Positions 7,318 to 16,884 of a DNA stretch of 64,000 nucleotides are shown here, one piece after another (within the stretch, counting starts at the first letter, position 1; each line of letters opens with the position of its first letter). The notes beneath the pieces are model-generated. The model searched no databases and was not told the origin of the DNA. It worked only from the letters and a program-made list of their open reading frames with translations. The stretch comes from a virus, in the IMG/VR virus record IMGVR_UViG_3300024581_002488, positions 3,064 through 67,063 of that record. One strand, given 5' to 3'. A program made the translations under genes and the position numbers.

Positions 7318-7511
7318 TTGAATTTATTACCTCTTTTGGCCTAAACGGCCTATATACATTTGGTTTTCTAGCTACAGGTTGGGCAATTGCCTTCGTTGTA
7401 GGGGTTCTACAGGTTTTAATAGAGCACGCTAAGAGCCCTTTTATGGCGTTTTTCTCTCTTGGTGCAGTAATCGCCTTCATTTGGACGCTAATTCAGTTCG
7501 CAGGAGGCTAA
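7314..7511 (+). CDS. membrane protein (2 TM)
   Basis: Hydrophobic segments; AAGGAG RBS. Confidence 0.75.
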   Translation: MIEFITSFGLNGLYTFGFLATGWAIAFVVGVLQVLIEHAKSPFMAFFSLGAVIAFIWTLIQFAGG

Positions 7512-7512
7512 T

Positions 7513-7719
7513 ATGGGACCATGGCTATTCTTTGTATCAGCCTTATGCTTTTTATGGGCTGGATTATTAGCTGTAGGCTTGATTACTTGTGCAGGAGTAG
7601 CAATCGCTAAGGCATACAACCAATTAATTGAAGAATTTGGCGAAACTCCAGTCGGTTGGTGGATATTCTTTGGCTCAGTAGTTGTTGCAGGGCTTATCAC
7701 GCTAGGGAGATTCATATGA
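7513..7719 (+). CDS. membrane protein (2 TM)
   Basis: Hydrophobic segments; AGGAGG RBS. Confidence 0.75.
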   Translation: MGPWLFFVSALCFLWAGLLAVGLITCAGVAIAKAYNQLIEEFGETPVGWWIFFGSVVVAGLITLGRFI

Positions 7720-8021
7720 TGGACACCGATATGGGTTTAGACTTCAAATGTGACTATGCTGATGCCGTCCTAGAGGAAATCTGGCAGAAAAGCAATGCAC
7801 TGCTAGCTAAAAAGAAAGACCCTAATAAAATAAGAGTATTTTTAGGCTTCCTAGAGCGTAAAGCGCTCGAAGCCTGGCTTCAACAACGCGGCGGCTATGC
7901 TAGTATGCTTACTTTACCAGGTTTAGGTCCAGTCGGTTGTGCTCCTGAAGTATTCGGCTTTCCTATTACCTTTGTCAAAATGGATGAACATCTTAAAGTA
8001 AGGAGCTGGAGTGATGCTTAG
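7716..8021 (+). CDS. hypothetical protein
   Basis: GGAG RBS before ATG 7716. Confidence 0.7.
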   Translation: MMDTDMGLDFKCDYADAVLEEIWQKSNALLAKKKDPNKIRVFLGFLERKALEAWLQQRGGYASMLTLPGLGPVGCAPEVFGFPITFVKMDEHLKVRSWSDA

Positions 8022-8364
8022 CAGAGAATCTATTCAAGCACAAATCAAAGCTATGCTAAAACAGAAGTCAGACCGAGAAGCTGACCTAAAAAGACACCAG
8101 GAGGGACGCTGTCGTTGTGCGGTAAAGTTCCCTCTACGCTGTTCAGGTATGCAAAAAGCAGCAAAATCTATAATTGCTGACTTACGTGGGCAGATTTACC
8201 AACTACGTCAGTTGGAACTCCAGGCAATAACAAAGGAGAAAGCAAATGAAACAGCTTTTCAAGTACACGGGTCAGACAGTGGGAATTCTAACTCACGGAG
8301 AGAAGTACGAGGGCGAGGTCGTTCACGCCGACGAAACCCGCGTAGTCAAAGCAGTAAAGCTTAG
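8014..8364 (+). CDS. hypothetical basic coiled-coil protein
   Basis: AAGGAG RBS; 3' part overlaps the next gene. Confidence 0.6.
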   Translation: MLSRESIQAQIKAMLKQKSDREADLKRHQEGRCRCAVKFPLRCSGMQKAAKSIIADLRGQIYQLRQLELQAITKEKANETAFQVHGSDSGNSNSRREVRGRGRSRRRNPRSQSSKA

Positions 8365-8434
8365 TACACCCAATGGCACTGTAACTGTGCAGAATGGCGG
8401 TCTAGCAAACCTTAAACCAGTAGTAGAGGAATAA
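8246..8434 (+). CDS. small beta-barrel protein, possibly Sm/LSm-like
   Basis: AAGGAG RBS; LFKYTGQTVGILTHGEKYEGEVVHADE resembles the Sm1 pattern. Confidence 0.6.
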   Translation: MKQLFKYTGQTVGILTHGEKYEGEVVHADETRVVKAVKLSTPNGTVTVQNGGLANLKPVVEE

Positions 8435-8437
8435 CCT

Positions 8438-9016
8438 ATGCGAGCAGTCAATGGCGGAATCAAGTCTTATCCGATTACCTTGGTCAAGGAATCGATAGTG
8501 TTTGTTGAAGGCGATACCAATGAGAATTGGCAACGCTTCAAGGGGCAACCTCTAATCTATTTAGGAGTGCATACTACAGGTCAAATGATGTTTGAAACTC
8601 CAAACGAGGGCACTATTTATCTTGAATGTCCGACCATCGGCTGCATCATTCCTCCTGAATACAAAGAACATGTTTTTGATGAAGTCGACGACTTCTTTGA
8701 CGAGCTCGACGACGAAGTACCTGAAGAACGTACACCGACTGACTTCGAAGTACACAGAGCTAAAGAAACTAACGACAATGTTAGCTTACCGGCTGTGCTT
8801 CGAGCTGCAGCTATCTCAGTCGAGCAAAATGAGTTTGGCGGCAAACCTGATGGCGCGATTCTCATCATATCAATTAATGGTACATACCAATATCGCCCAA
8901 TGGCCTTAAACCAGATACAACAAGTTCATGCTTTCGAGTGGTGTAAACTCAATGCCATGGGTGTAGCTTATTTCTCCGACCTAGAGGAAATAAATGATGG
9001 ACCTGAATCAGATTAA
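8438..9016 (+). CDS. hypothetical protein with acidic linker
   Basis: GAGGA RBS, 192 aa. Confidence 0.8.
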   Translation: MRAVNGGIKSYPITLVKESIVFVEGDTNENWQRFKGQPLIYLGVHTTGQMMFETPNEGTIYLECPTIGCIIPPEYKEHVFDEVDDFFDELDDEVPEERTPTDFEVHRAKETNDNVSLPAVLRAAAISVEQNEFGGKPDGAILIISINGTYQYRPMALNQIQQVHAFEWCKLNAMGVAYFSDLEEINDGPESD

Positions 9017-9272
9017 AAAATCCCGTCCTAGAGTAGATGCAGACGACGCAGAAATTTGTTATCGTATGGAGTGTGGCTGGTGTGGCAAGACCTTTATAGT
9101 TCCTAGTGAGGATTCTAAAGGCATGGAAGACGAACAGATTGAAGAAGCCTTCCGTGAGCAAGGTCTCGCACTAGCCCAAGACGATGATTCTTACGGCGTC
9201 GCTTGCAAAAGCTGCCAACACTACCACAATTTAGAGGTATGCTATGAAGACTACACAGACGAAGGAGACTAA
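8994..9272 (+). CDS. putative Zn-ribbon protein
   Basis: CGWC...CKSC cysteine pairs. Confidence 0.7.
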   Translation: MMDLNQIKKSRPRVDADDAEICYRMECGWCGKTFIVPSEDSKGMEDEQIEEAFREQGLALAQDDDSYGVACKSCQHYHNLEVCYEDYTDEGD

Positions 9273-9522
9273 ACTCTACGAATGGCACCTAGCCTATCGT
9301 AAAGGTAAATCAATCTTGGTCATTTACTGCCCTCAAATACAACAGGCTTTTGCCTATGTTTCTAAGCGACTAATGAGCAAGCCAAAGGAACACCTTCAAA
9401 AGCTGTTAGAAACTCAAGCGCTTCAATACCATGATGGTAGTGCAGTAGGTGAGCCACTAAAGGCCTTTGAAAACTATTTAAGTCTAGCAAAAATTGAATG
9501 TACGTATAAACTAGAGCTGTGA
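9244..9522 (+). CDS. hypothetical protein
   Basis: GAGGT RBS, 92 aa. Confidence 0.7.
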   Translation: MKTTQTKETKLYEWHLAYRKGKSILVIYCPQIQQAFAYVSKRLMSKPKEHLQKLLETQALQYHDGSAVGEPLKAFENYLSLAKIECTYKLEL

Positions 9523-9528
9523 TATAAT
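9520..9528 (+). promoter_or_regulatory. extended -10 promoter (TGATATAAT) for the packaging genes
   Basis: TGnTATAAT consensus upstream of terS; similar TGATACAAT at 16848 and TGATATAAT at 51715. Confidence 0.6.
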
Positions 9529-9568
9529 GCCCTGAGAAACCATTAACTAACTTATAGGGCAGAATACA

Positions 9569-10165
9569 ATGGCTGGTGCATTTAGTTCTCGAGCATTAAA
9601 AGGGCGTGTCAAGAAAACCACTGACAACGCCCTTCGCTATTTAGATATGCTAGCAGAAACCGGTAACTTCTCTGCTGCAGCAGAATCTATTGATATTACT
9701 CCTTCTACAGCTTCAGCCTGGCGTAAAGATGATGGCTGGAAAATTACTCTTGAAGGTGAAGAGTATCCTTTTGGCGAGTTATGTGAGCAAGCCATGAAGA
9801 TGTTCGCCGATAAAGTAGAAGCGGAAGTTGTTCGTCGTGCTGTCGAAGGTTATGACGAGCCAATCGTTTACAAAGGACAAATCATGTCTGAGATGGACGA
9901 AGAGTCAGGCAAATGGAAGCCTATCACCGTTAAAAAATTCTCAGACCGATTGCTTGAAGTGCTATTGAAAGGTCAGAAACCTAAATACAATGGCGAGTCT
10001 CAAGTACAAATCAACGCCGGTGAAGCAGGTGGCGTACTAGTCGTTCCTGCTGGCGTAGATGCTGACTCATGGAGTGAGCAAATTAAAGCGCATCAAACTG
10101 ATGCTCGAGCAGGTAAGCCTCTAGGCAAGGATGAGCCTAGTGAGCCTATCGACCCACTATCCTAG
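9569..10165 (+). CDS. terS: terminase small subunit
   Basis: N-terminal HTH, AEVVRRAVEGYDEPIVYKG and FSDRLLEVLLKG motifs; upstream of terL. Confidence 0.85.
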   Translation: MAGAFSSRALKGRVKKTTDNALRYLDMLAETGNFSAAAESIDITPSTASAWRKDDGWKITLEGEEYPFGELCEQAMKMFADKVEAEVVRRAVEGYDEPIVYKGQIMSEMDEESGKWKPITVKKFSDRLLEVLLKGQKPKYNGESQVQINAGEAGGVLVVPAGVDADSWSEQIKAHQTDARAGKPLGKDEPSEPIDPLS

Positions 10166-10176
10166 GAGATAAAACT

Positions 10177-10356
10177 ATGGCTATGAAAGGTGGAATCGTA
10201 TTCCGCGGCGACGCAACTGCATCGTTTAGCTCAATGTCTAAGCCAACTCGCCGTCAAGGTTCTATGCGTAACCCAGCACACCGTGCTCCAGGCAAAGGCA
10301 AAATGGCGAACCCAGTAAAAGCCGCTGGTTCAGTGCTAAAACGTGGCGGTAAGTAA
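10177..10356 (+). CDS. 59-aa basic protein
   Basis: Manual translation MAMKGGIVFRGD...GSVLKRGGK; AGGAG RBS; followed by a terminator. Confidence 0.8.
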   Translation: MAMKGGIVFRGDATASFSSMSKPTRRQGSMRNPAHRAPGKGKMANPVKAAGSVLKRGGK

Positions 10357-10373
10357 AAAATCGCGTTAAGATG

Positions 10374-10399
10374 AAAGCCTCTCTTCGGAGAGGTTTTTT
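10374..10399 (+). terminator. rho-independent terminator
   Basis: CCTCTC-TTCG-GAGAGG followed by a T-tract. Confidence 0.9.
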
Positions 10400-10416
10400 G
10401 TTTTAAGGAGATTCGC

Positions 10417-10707
10417 ATGGCTGGTTTAAAAGAGATGTGTACGTCTACTGTAGACCCTATAGGACACGCAACCCAACTAATTTTAACTCTTCAGCGCATT
10501 CAAATGGATGCGTCTCAACTCAAGGCAGCAGCTGAAAGTGGCTACTACAGCATTGAAGAAATCCATCAACTTAAGCGCGATATTCAAAAAGACCTAGAAA
10601 TGGTGAATGCTCGGTTAGTGTTCGCATGCAATGACCTTGAGAATGCGTCTCGAGGAATCCCTATGCCTACTGTTGATGAGCAAGATGACCCATTTGGAGA
10701 AGAATAA
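10417..10707 (+). CDS. hypothetical protein
   Basis: AAGGAG RBS; TAATG coupling to terL. Confidence 0.75.
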   Translation: MAGLKEMCTSTVDPIGHATQLILTLQRIQMDASQLKAAAESGYYSIEEIHQLKRDIQKDLEMVNARLVFACNDLENASRGIPMPTVDEQDDPFGEE

Positions 10708-12176
10708 TGAATTATACTCCTGAGAAGAAGGAGATTATCAAGTGGATTCCGCAAGCAGGCTCTCAAGTCCTGTTTATGACCTGTCCAATCTTTGAGTGTT
10801 TATATGAAGGTACTCGTGGACCTGGTAAAACGGATGCTCTCTTAATGTCCTTCGCCCAACATGTTAATAAAGGCTTTGGGATTGCCTGGCGCGGCATCAT
10901 CTTCCGTCGTTCACACCCAGAGCTTCAAGATATTATCACCAAATCGAAGAAATGGTTCTCTCAAATTTTCCCAGAGGCCAAATACAACGAGGCGAAGTCC
11001 GAGTGGGTTTGGCCTAGTGGAGAGGCTTTACTCTTCCGCCACATGTCAAAGGATGTTGACTATTGGAAATACCATGGTCACGAATATCCGTTTATTGGTT
11101 GGGAGGAATTGACCAACTGGGCTGATGATAAGTGTTACAAGTTGATGATGTCTTGTTGTCGTTCTGCTCATCCTGGTATTACGCTTCCTGATGGAAGACA
11201 TATGCCTATTCCTCGTATGCTTCGTGCGACAACTAACCCATACGGTCCTGGACATAACTGGGTTAAGATGCGGTTCCGTTTACCAGGTGGACGCGGTATC
11301 GTCATCGACAACTCGTATGACACTGACGGAAACCTTGAGCCACCGAGAGTCGCTATACACGGTTCTATCTACGAGAATAAGATTCTTTTGAGTGCTGACC
11401 CGACTTATATCACAAAGATTGCTGCAGCGGCACGAAATGAGTCAGAGCGTAAAGCTTGGCTTGAAGGTTCGTGGGACGTCGTTGCAGGGGGTATGTTCGA
11501 TGATGTTTGGAAACCTGAAATCAATGTTCTATCGCCAACGCGAGTACCTAGCAGCTGGCAGTTTACTCGTTCTTTTGACTGGGGGTCATCAAAGCCTTTT
11601 TCTGTTGGCTGGTGGGCTGTATCTGATGGCACCAACCTTACTCTCGCTGACGGGCGCACCCTTCATACTGTCCGTGGTGATATGTTTAGGATTGCTGAGT
11701 ATTATGGTTGTATGGACAATCGCCCAAATACTGGTTTACGCCTTACTGCTAAACAGGTTGCTCGCGGTATTATCGAACGTGAGAAAAAACTGGGCATCCA
11801 CGGTCTAGTTCAAGACGGTATCGCTGATGCGGCTATTTTCAACGAAGAGAATAGAATGTGTATCGCTACTGATATGGAAGAAGAAGGTATCTATTGGGAA
11901 CCTGCCGATAAACGTCCAGGCTCACGTAAACAAGGCTGGGAGGCAATGCGTCAGGCATTCCAGAACGCCCATCCAAATGAAGACGGTGCTCCACGTGAGT
12001 ATCCAGGCCTCTTTGTTTTTGACACCTGTGTTGACTTCATTCGTACAGTACCTGTTCTCCCACGTGATGATAAAGATATTGATGATGTGGATACGGATGC
12101 AGAGGACCACGCGGCTGATGAAGCCCGTTACTTTGTACGACGTACAGAATACGAGTTGGAGGAAGGCGACTTCTAA
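10707..12176 (+). CDS. terL: terminase large subunit
   Basis: Walker A GTRGPGKT, Walker B IGWEE, ATTNP, RuvC-like nuclease FDWG...DAA...DHAADE. Confidence 0.97.
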   Translation: MNYTPEKKEIIKWIPQAGSQVLFMTCPIFECLYEGTRGPGKTDALLMSFAQHVNKGFGIAWRGIIFRRSHPELQDIITKSKKWFSQIFPEAKYNEAKSEWVWPSGEALLFRHMSKDVDYWKYHGHEYPFIGWEELTNWADDKCYKLMMSCCRSAHPGITLPDGRHMPIPRMLRATTNPYGPGHNWVKMRFRLPGGRGIVIDNSYDTDGNLEPPRVAIHGSIYENKILLSADPTYITKIAAAARNESERKAWLEGSWDVVAGGMFDDVWKPEINVLSPTRVPSSWQFTRSFDWGSSKPFSVGWWAVSDGTNLTLADGRTLHTVRGDMFRIAEYYGCMDNRPNTGLRLTAKQVARGIIEREKKLGIHGLVQDGIADAAIFNEENRMCIATDMEEEGIYWEPADKRPGSRKQGWEAMRQAFQNAHPNEDGAPREYPGLFVFDTCVDFIRTVPVLPRDDKDIDDVDTDAEDHAADEARYFVRRTEYELEEGDF

Positions 12177-12194
12177 GAATATCGTGGTATGCAA

Positions 12195-12227
12195 GCAGCC
12201 CAATCAGTGATATGATTGGGCTGTTTT
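12195..12227 (+). terminator. rho-independent terminator
   Basis: CAGCCCAATCA-loop-TGATTGGGCTG followed by TTTT. Confidence 0.8.
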
Positions 12228-12298
12228 CATATATGCTCTGTAAAAGCTACCCATACTAGATGGATGCGAAAGGACGGAGCTACTGAGAGGAAATAAAC

Positions 12299-14002
12299 AT
12301 GAGTAACTTGAACCGTGGGCGTTTTGAGAATACTGTGCCACTACCAGGCGTAGAAGGCGGTATTCCTGTAGCGGTTAACCCACATATCCTTGCATCTAAT
12401 ATGCAACTGCTTCGCGTAATCAACCGCGCGTCTCTTGAGGCTACAACTCAAGAAGAAAAGGAAGCCAATGACCCCTCCATTACCACAGATGCACATGACA
12501 GAATGTTATGGCGTACGTTCTTAATGGAATCGTTGTTAGGTGGTACTGAGACAATGCGTGCAGCTGGTAAGACTCTCATGCCTATGTATACGGCAGAGAA
12601 ACAGTCTGACTGGCAAACCCGTTTAAGCCAAGCAGTGCTTTTCAACTACACTGAACGAACATCTTCAGACTTAACAGGTCGTCTATTTAAGACTCCACCT
12701 AAGCTTCCTACTGTTGAAGACGGATTAGACCCAATTATGGTACCGCACTTTGACAATGTAGATGGTGCAGGCACAGGCTTTGAAGAATTCTTATACGAGT
12801 GGTTTAGCGGAGGCTTTAACCTAGGCTTATTCAATGTAATGGTGAATACTCCTCGCAAGGATACTACCACAGCAGCAGACCGTAAGACTCCAACTTGGTC
12901 ATTTGTCCATCCAGATAATATCCTGGCCGCGCATGAGACAAAGCTTCCTGATGGTACAATCATTTTAGACCATGTTCGTATCCTCGAAACTAGAACTGAA
13001 ATGGTAGGCTTTAAAGAAGTTAAAGTCCGCTATATCCGCGTAATTGACATCGGTATGGTTCGAGTCTATCGTGAGAATCCTAAAGCTCGCGGTCGTGAGC
13101 CTAAGTGGATTCTAAACGAGTCATTCTTGACTGACTGGGACCGAGTTCCTCTAGTAACATTCTATGCAGGTAGAAAGGTTAGCCTGATGGAAGCGATTCC
13201 GCCACTACAAGACCTTGCATACTTGAATGTGCGTCACTGGCAGTCTTACTCTGACCAGGCAAACATCCTAACAGTTGCTCGATTCCCTATCTTGGCTGCG
13301 TCTGGTGTATCAAGCTCTCGCGGTTCTAAGACTATCGGTCCTCGTAAACTGTTCCGCATCCCTGACGCTAATGGTAAGCTGCAATATGTTGAACACACTG
13401 GTGCAGCTATCAAGTCAGGCCAAGACGACCTAGAGACTCTTGAGCTAATGATGTCTAAGTATGGTTCAGAGTTCCTTAAAGGCGGCTCAGGTACTAATAC
13501 TGCAGCAACTACTCGTGCTTTAGACTCTTCTGAGTCAACGTCTTCTTTGGTCGCTACGGCTTCAATCTTCGAAGACGCTGTGCACGAGCTGTTAGTCATG
13601 ACTATGCGAGCATTTGAGTCTTTCGATGAGTCTACGGCTGTGCCTCGTGCAGAATTTGTCGTCGATTTGTCTATCAGTGCTACAGATTCTATTGAACTTA
13701 CTACACTTGACCTTGCGCGTCGTCGTAAAGACATCTCTCGTAAGTCATTCCTTGAAGAACTATCTCGTCGTGATATTATGTCTGACACCTTTGACGCTGA
13801 TTCTGACTTTGAGCAGCTCAAGAAAGAGATTGAAGCAGAGAAGGCTATGGGCATCTTCAAGGTTGAGAATGAGTTTGCTATTCCTAATGCAGACAATGCT
13901 CAAGAACGTGCTCAGAGCGGTGAATCCTCTCGTGGTAAACCTGACAACGGTCAAGGTGACACAGGCGAAGGAGATGGTAAGAAAGACCAGACACTCGGTT
14001 AA
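12299..14002 (+). CDS. portal protein (DUF4055 type)
   Basis: Follows terL; RLSQAVLFNY...IPPLQDLAYLNVRHWQSYSDQ motifs. Confidence 0.92.
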   Translation: MSNLNRGRFENTVPLPGVEGGIPVAVNPHILASNMQLLRVINRASLEATTQEEKEANDPSITTDAHDRMLWRTFLMESLLGGTETMRAAGKTLMPMYTAEKQSDWQTRLSQAVLFNYTERTSSDLTGRLFKTPPKLPTVEDGLDPIMVPHFDNVDGAGTGFEEFLYEWFSGGFNLGLFNVMVNTPRKDTTTAADRKTPTWSFVHPDNILAAHETKLPDGTIILDHVRILETRTEMVGFKEVKVRYIRVIDIGMVRVYRENPKARGREPKWILNESFLTDWDRVPLVTFYAGRKVSLMEAIPPLQDLAYLNVRHWQSYSDQANILTVARFPILAASGVSSSRGSKTIGPRKLFRIPDANGKLQYVEHTGAAIKSGQDDLETLELMMSKYGSEFLKGGSGTNTAATTRALDSSESTSSLVATASIFEDAVHELLVMTMRAFESFDESTAVPRAEFVVDLSISATDSIELTTLDLARRRKDISRKSFLEELSRRDIMSDTFDADSDFEQLKKEIEAEKAMGIFKVENEFAIPNADNAQERAQSGESSRGKPDNGQGDTGEGDGKKDQTLG

Positions 14003-14110
14003 TTCGCTGGTTTACAGGTAACCTGGATTAACATAGGATAGCTAGGAGTCACGTGACGTGGCTCCTTTTCTTTTAACCTTATAAAGTGTGATACTAACGA
14101 GGTAATCAAT

Positions 14111-14866
14111 ATGTGGGATTTTTCTCAAAAAGTCGAAGACATCAATTCCGTTCCTGAACAATTCCGTTCAGTCTATGTTAAAGGTGAAGGCGAACACGAA
14201 GGCACATTTATTGTCGGCGAACAGTTCACAGGCCTTACTACAGCAATCATCGGTCTAAATACATCTCTTAAAGCGTCTCGTGATGAGGCAAGTGGTGTTA
14301 AAGCAACTCTTAAAGGTTGGGAAGCTTTAGGTGAAAGCCCTGAAGCGGTGACAACTTCTCTAGAAACGCTAACCAATGAGCGCAACGAAGCATTGGACAA
14401 GAACAAGTCTTTTGACCCAACTAAGATGCGTGAGCAAATCATGGGTGAAGCTCAAGGTAAAATCACTGAAGCTATGGAGCGCTCGGCTCTACTTCAAGGT
14501 GCTTTGAAGCATTCTCTTGTGAACTCATCAGCTCTAGGTGCTATTTCTAAGCACAAAGGTACACCAGAACTTCTAATGCCAATCATTCAGAACATGGTAA
14601 GCATGACTGAAAAAGATGGTAAGTTTGGTGTTCAAGTATTGGATGCTGAAGGCTCAGTACGCTACTCTCCTACCTCAGGCGGTCTAATGACTGTAGATGA
14701 GCTAGTAGAAGAAATGAAAGCCCACCCTTCATACGGTATGGCATTCAAGTCTGATATGAAAGGTGGCGGCGGTGAAGGCGGTGACATGGGTCGTCGTGGT
14801 ATGCACTCTGCTGACACTGGTAACATGTCAGCTATTGACAAGATTTCAGCTGGTCTAGGTGGCTAA
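14111..14866 (+). CDS. capsid scaffolding protein
   Basis: Coiled-coil rich, between portal and MCP, Gly-rich C-terminus. Confidence 0.8.
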   Translation: MWDFSQKVEDINSVPEQFRSVYVKGEGEHEGTFIVGEQFTGLTTAIIGLNTSLKASRDEASGVKATLKGWEALGESPEAVTTSLETLTNERNEALDKNKSFDPTKMREQIMGEAQGKITEAMERSALLQGALKHSLVNSSALGAISKHKGTPELLMPIIQNMVSMTEKDGKFGVQVLDAEGSVRYSPTSGGLMTVDELVEEMKAHPSYGMAFKSDMKGGGGEGGDMGRRGMHSADTGNMSAIDKISAGLGG

Positions 14867-14890
14867 TTCTAGAAAGCTTGGCAATTAAAT

Positions 14891-14922
14891 AAGGTCGGGG
14901 CATTTACAACCCCGGCCTTTTT
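14891..14922 (+). terminator. rho-independent terminator
   Basis: AAGGTCGGGG-loop-CCCCGGCCTT followed by a T-tract. Confidence 0.85.
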
Positions 14923-15052
14923 CGTTAATATTCAAACCAATCGAGGATTGGGAGTGCCTGGTTCTCAACTCTTGACCTATAGCGTGAGGCTTACGGACGA
15001 GAGAATAAACGTTTATATTTTCAATTGTAAGTCTCATATAGAGAGGAATAAT

Positions 15053-15973
15053 ATGCCTACTGTAACTTTACCAGAATCGGCTAAACTGTCTCAGAACCTT
15101 CTAATCCAAGGTGTGATTGAGAACGTAATCACAGTTAACCGTTTCTTCCAAATGCTACCTTTTGAAGGTATCGAAGGTAACGCTCTAGCGTACAACCGTG
15201 AAAACGCACTTGGTGATGTTGAGTTCTTAAATGTTGGTGGTACTATCACTGCTAAAAACCCAGCGACATTCACTCAAGTTACTTCAAGCCTAACCACTAT
15301 CATCGGTGATGCTGAAGTGAACGGTCTTATCCAGGCTACTCGCTCTAACATCAACGACCAAAAAGCAGTTCAAATTGCTTCTAAAGCAAAATCTGCAGGT
15401 CGTCAATACATGCAAACGATGATTACTGGTGACGGTACTGGTAACACGTTCGAAGGTCTAGATGCTCTAATCCCTGTGGGTCAGACTATCCTACCTACTG
15501 GTACAGACGGTGACGCACTATCGTTTGAAGTTCTTGACCAACTTATTGACCTTGTGGTTGATAAAGACGGCCAGGTTGACTACCTAATGATGCATGCTCG
15601 TACGCTTCGTTCGTACATGGCACTTCTACGTGCTCTAGGCGGTGCGTCAATCGGTGACGTAGTAACTCTTCCATCAGGTGAAGAAGTTCCAGCTTACCGT
15701 AGTATCCCAATCTTCCGTAACGACTTTATCCCATTGGATGGTACTGTTGGTGCTACTACCGACGCAGCGACTATCTATGCGGGTACGTTCGATGACGGTT
15801 CTCAGAAATACGGTATCGCTGGTCTTACAGCACGTTCTGAAGCTGGTATCGTGGTTCGCGATATTGGTGAGTCTGAGACTAAAGATGAATCTATCACACG
15901 TGTTAAATGGTACTGTGGCCTAGCTCTATTCAACGAGAAAGGTATTGCATCAGCAACAGGTATCACTAACTAA
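15053..15973 (+). CDS. major capsid protein (HK97 fold, YuA/RDJL-like)
   Basis: VTLPESAKLSQ...LPFEGIEGNALAYNREN...TRVKWYCGLALF; GAGGA RBS before ATG 15053. Confidence 0.95.
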   Translation: MPTVTLPESAKLSQNLLIQGVIENVITVNRFFQMLPFEGIEGNALAYNRENALGDVEFLNVGGTITAKNPATFTQVTSSLTTIIGDAEVNGLIQATRSNINDQKAVQIASKAKSAGRQYMQTMITGDGTGNTFEGLDALIPVGQTILPTGTDGDALSFEVLDQLIDLVVDKDGQVDYLMMHARTLRSYMALLRALGGASIGDVVTLPSGEEVPAYRSIPIFRNDFIPLDGTVGATTDAATIYAGTFDDGSQKYGIAGLTARSEAGIVVRDIGESETKDESITRVKWYCGLALFNEKGIASATGITN

Positions 15974-15996
15974 TCGATAGTTTATTTGATCCCCTA

Positions 15997-16024
15997 AGAG
16001 GCTTCCTAAATGGAAGCCTTTTTT
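15997..16024 (+). terminator. rho-independent terminator after MCP
   Basis: AGGCTTCC-TAAAT-GGAAGCCT followed by a T-tract. Confidence 0.85.
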
Positions 16025-16093
16025 ATTTCCTGGATTAAATGTGGTAAGGTGTATAGTACAATCGATGTCGATTAATCAAGAAGGAGACTCTCC

Positions 16094-16771
16094 ATGTCTA
16101 AGAAAGCAGGCACTAAAGTTGTAGTGCTAACTCTAATGGGCGCCTTTGAAGGCAAAGATAAGGTTTTCCGCGGTCACAAGTTTGTGGCAGGCGAGAAAGT
16201 CCTGTGCTGTGATGATAATGCCCTAGCAGCGGTACTCAATAGCTTCCGCGGTCGACTACCCGTAAGTGAGCCTAAACTACTTGAAGGCTCTGAGGCACTA
16301 GTTGTGTATAAAGACTACTGTGTAGCGGCAAATGTGCCGATTGATGCAGCTGCGGTACACAACTTCGGTAAGCAGAAAGGACAAGTAGACCTTGGCGTGC
16401 TCAACGAAGATGATGAGCAAGACGATTTGGACAAAGAACTTGCCGATTTGGTAGGCTCTGGTAAAGAAAATGATTCTGACACTGACTCTGACAGCGACGA
16501 CGACGAAGACGAAGGCGAAGACGAAGGCGAAGACGACGACGATTCAGAGTCAGAAGAAGAGCCTGAAGAGCTTAACGGCGTGGCAGTTGACCCTGAAGTA
16601 GCTCGTGAGAACGTACTTCGTGCAACTCTTGGTCAGTTAGACCATAGTAACCCAGACCATTGGACTTCAACAAATCTACCTAAGATTGAAGTTCTAGAAG
16701 AATTACTAGGCGGCGATGTGTCACGTAAAGAGCTTAATAAACTCTTCCCTGACTTCAAACGCAACCACTAA
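16094..16771 (+). CDS. hypothetical virion-associated protein with acidic tract
   Basis: AAGGAG RBS; D/E run; C-terminal helical domain; position after MCP. Confidence 0.8.
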   Translation: MSKKAGTKVVVLTLMGAFEGKDKVFRGHKFVAGEKVLCCDDNALAAVLNSFRGRLPVSEPKLLEGSEALVVYKDYCVAANVPIDAAAVHNFGKQKGQVDLGVLNEDDEQDDLDKELADLVGSGKENDSDTDSDSDDDEDEGEDEGEDDDDSESEEEPEELNGVAVDPEVARENVLRATLGQLDHSNPDHWTSTNLPKIEVLEELLGGDVSRKELNKLFPDFKRNH

Positions 16772-16810
16772 GACATGCATGGCGCTTTATCCCTGGTGCC
16801 TTGTTCCTTT

Positions 16811-16834
16811 GCCAGCCTTCGGGCTGGCTTTTTT
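16811..16834 (+). terminator. rho-independent terminator
   Basis: GCCAGCC-TTCG-GGCTGGC followed by a T-tract. Confidence 0.9.
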
Positions 16835-16884
16835 ACGCTTGTATCTATGATACAATGCCCGGATAGTTAACTAGGAGATAAATC

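Noticed and set aside
13246-13896. 216-aa antisense ORF in the portal gene, and similar long antisense ORFs (21733..22275, 23017..23580, 51905..52483)
   Set aside because: Shadow frames caused by the codon bias of highly expressed genes; Ser/Ala-rich and without RBS.
14948-15052. N-terminal extension of the major capsid protein in the ORF track
   Set aside because: The RBS (GAGAGGA) and family N-terminus (MPTVTLPESAK) indicate a start at 15053.
16490-16560. GACGAAG(A/G)CGAA-type repeats here and at 55940-56150
   Set aside because: Simply the coding consequence of Asp/Glu tracts.
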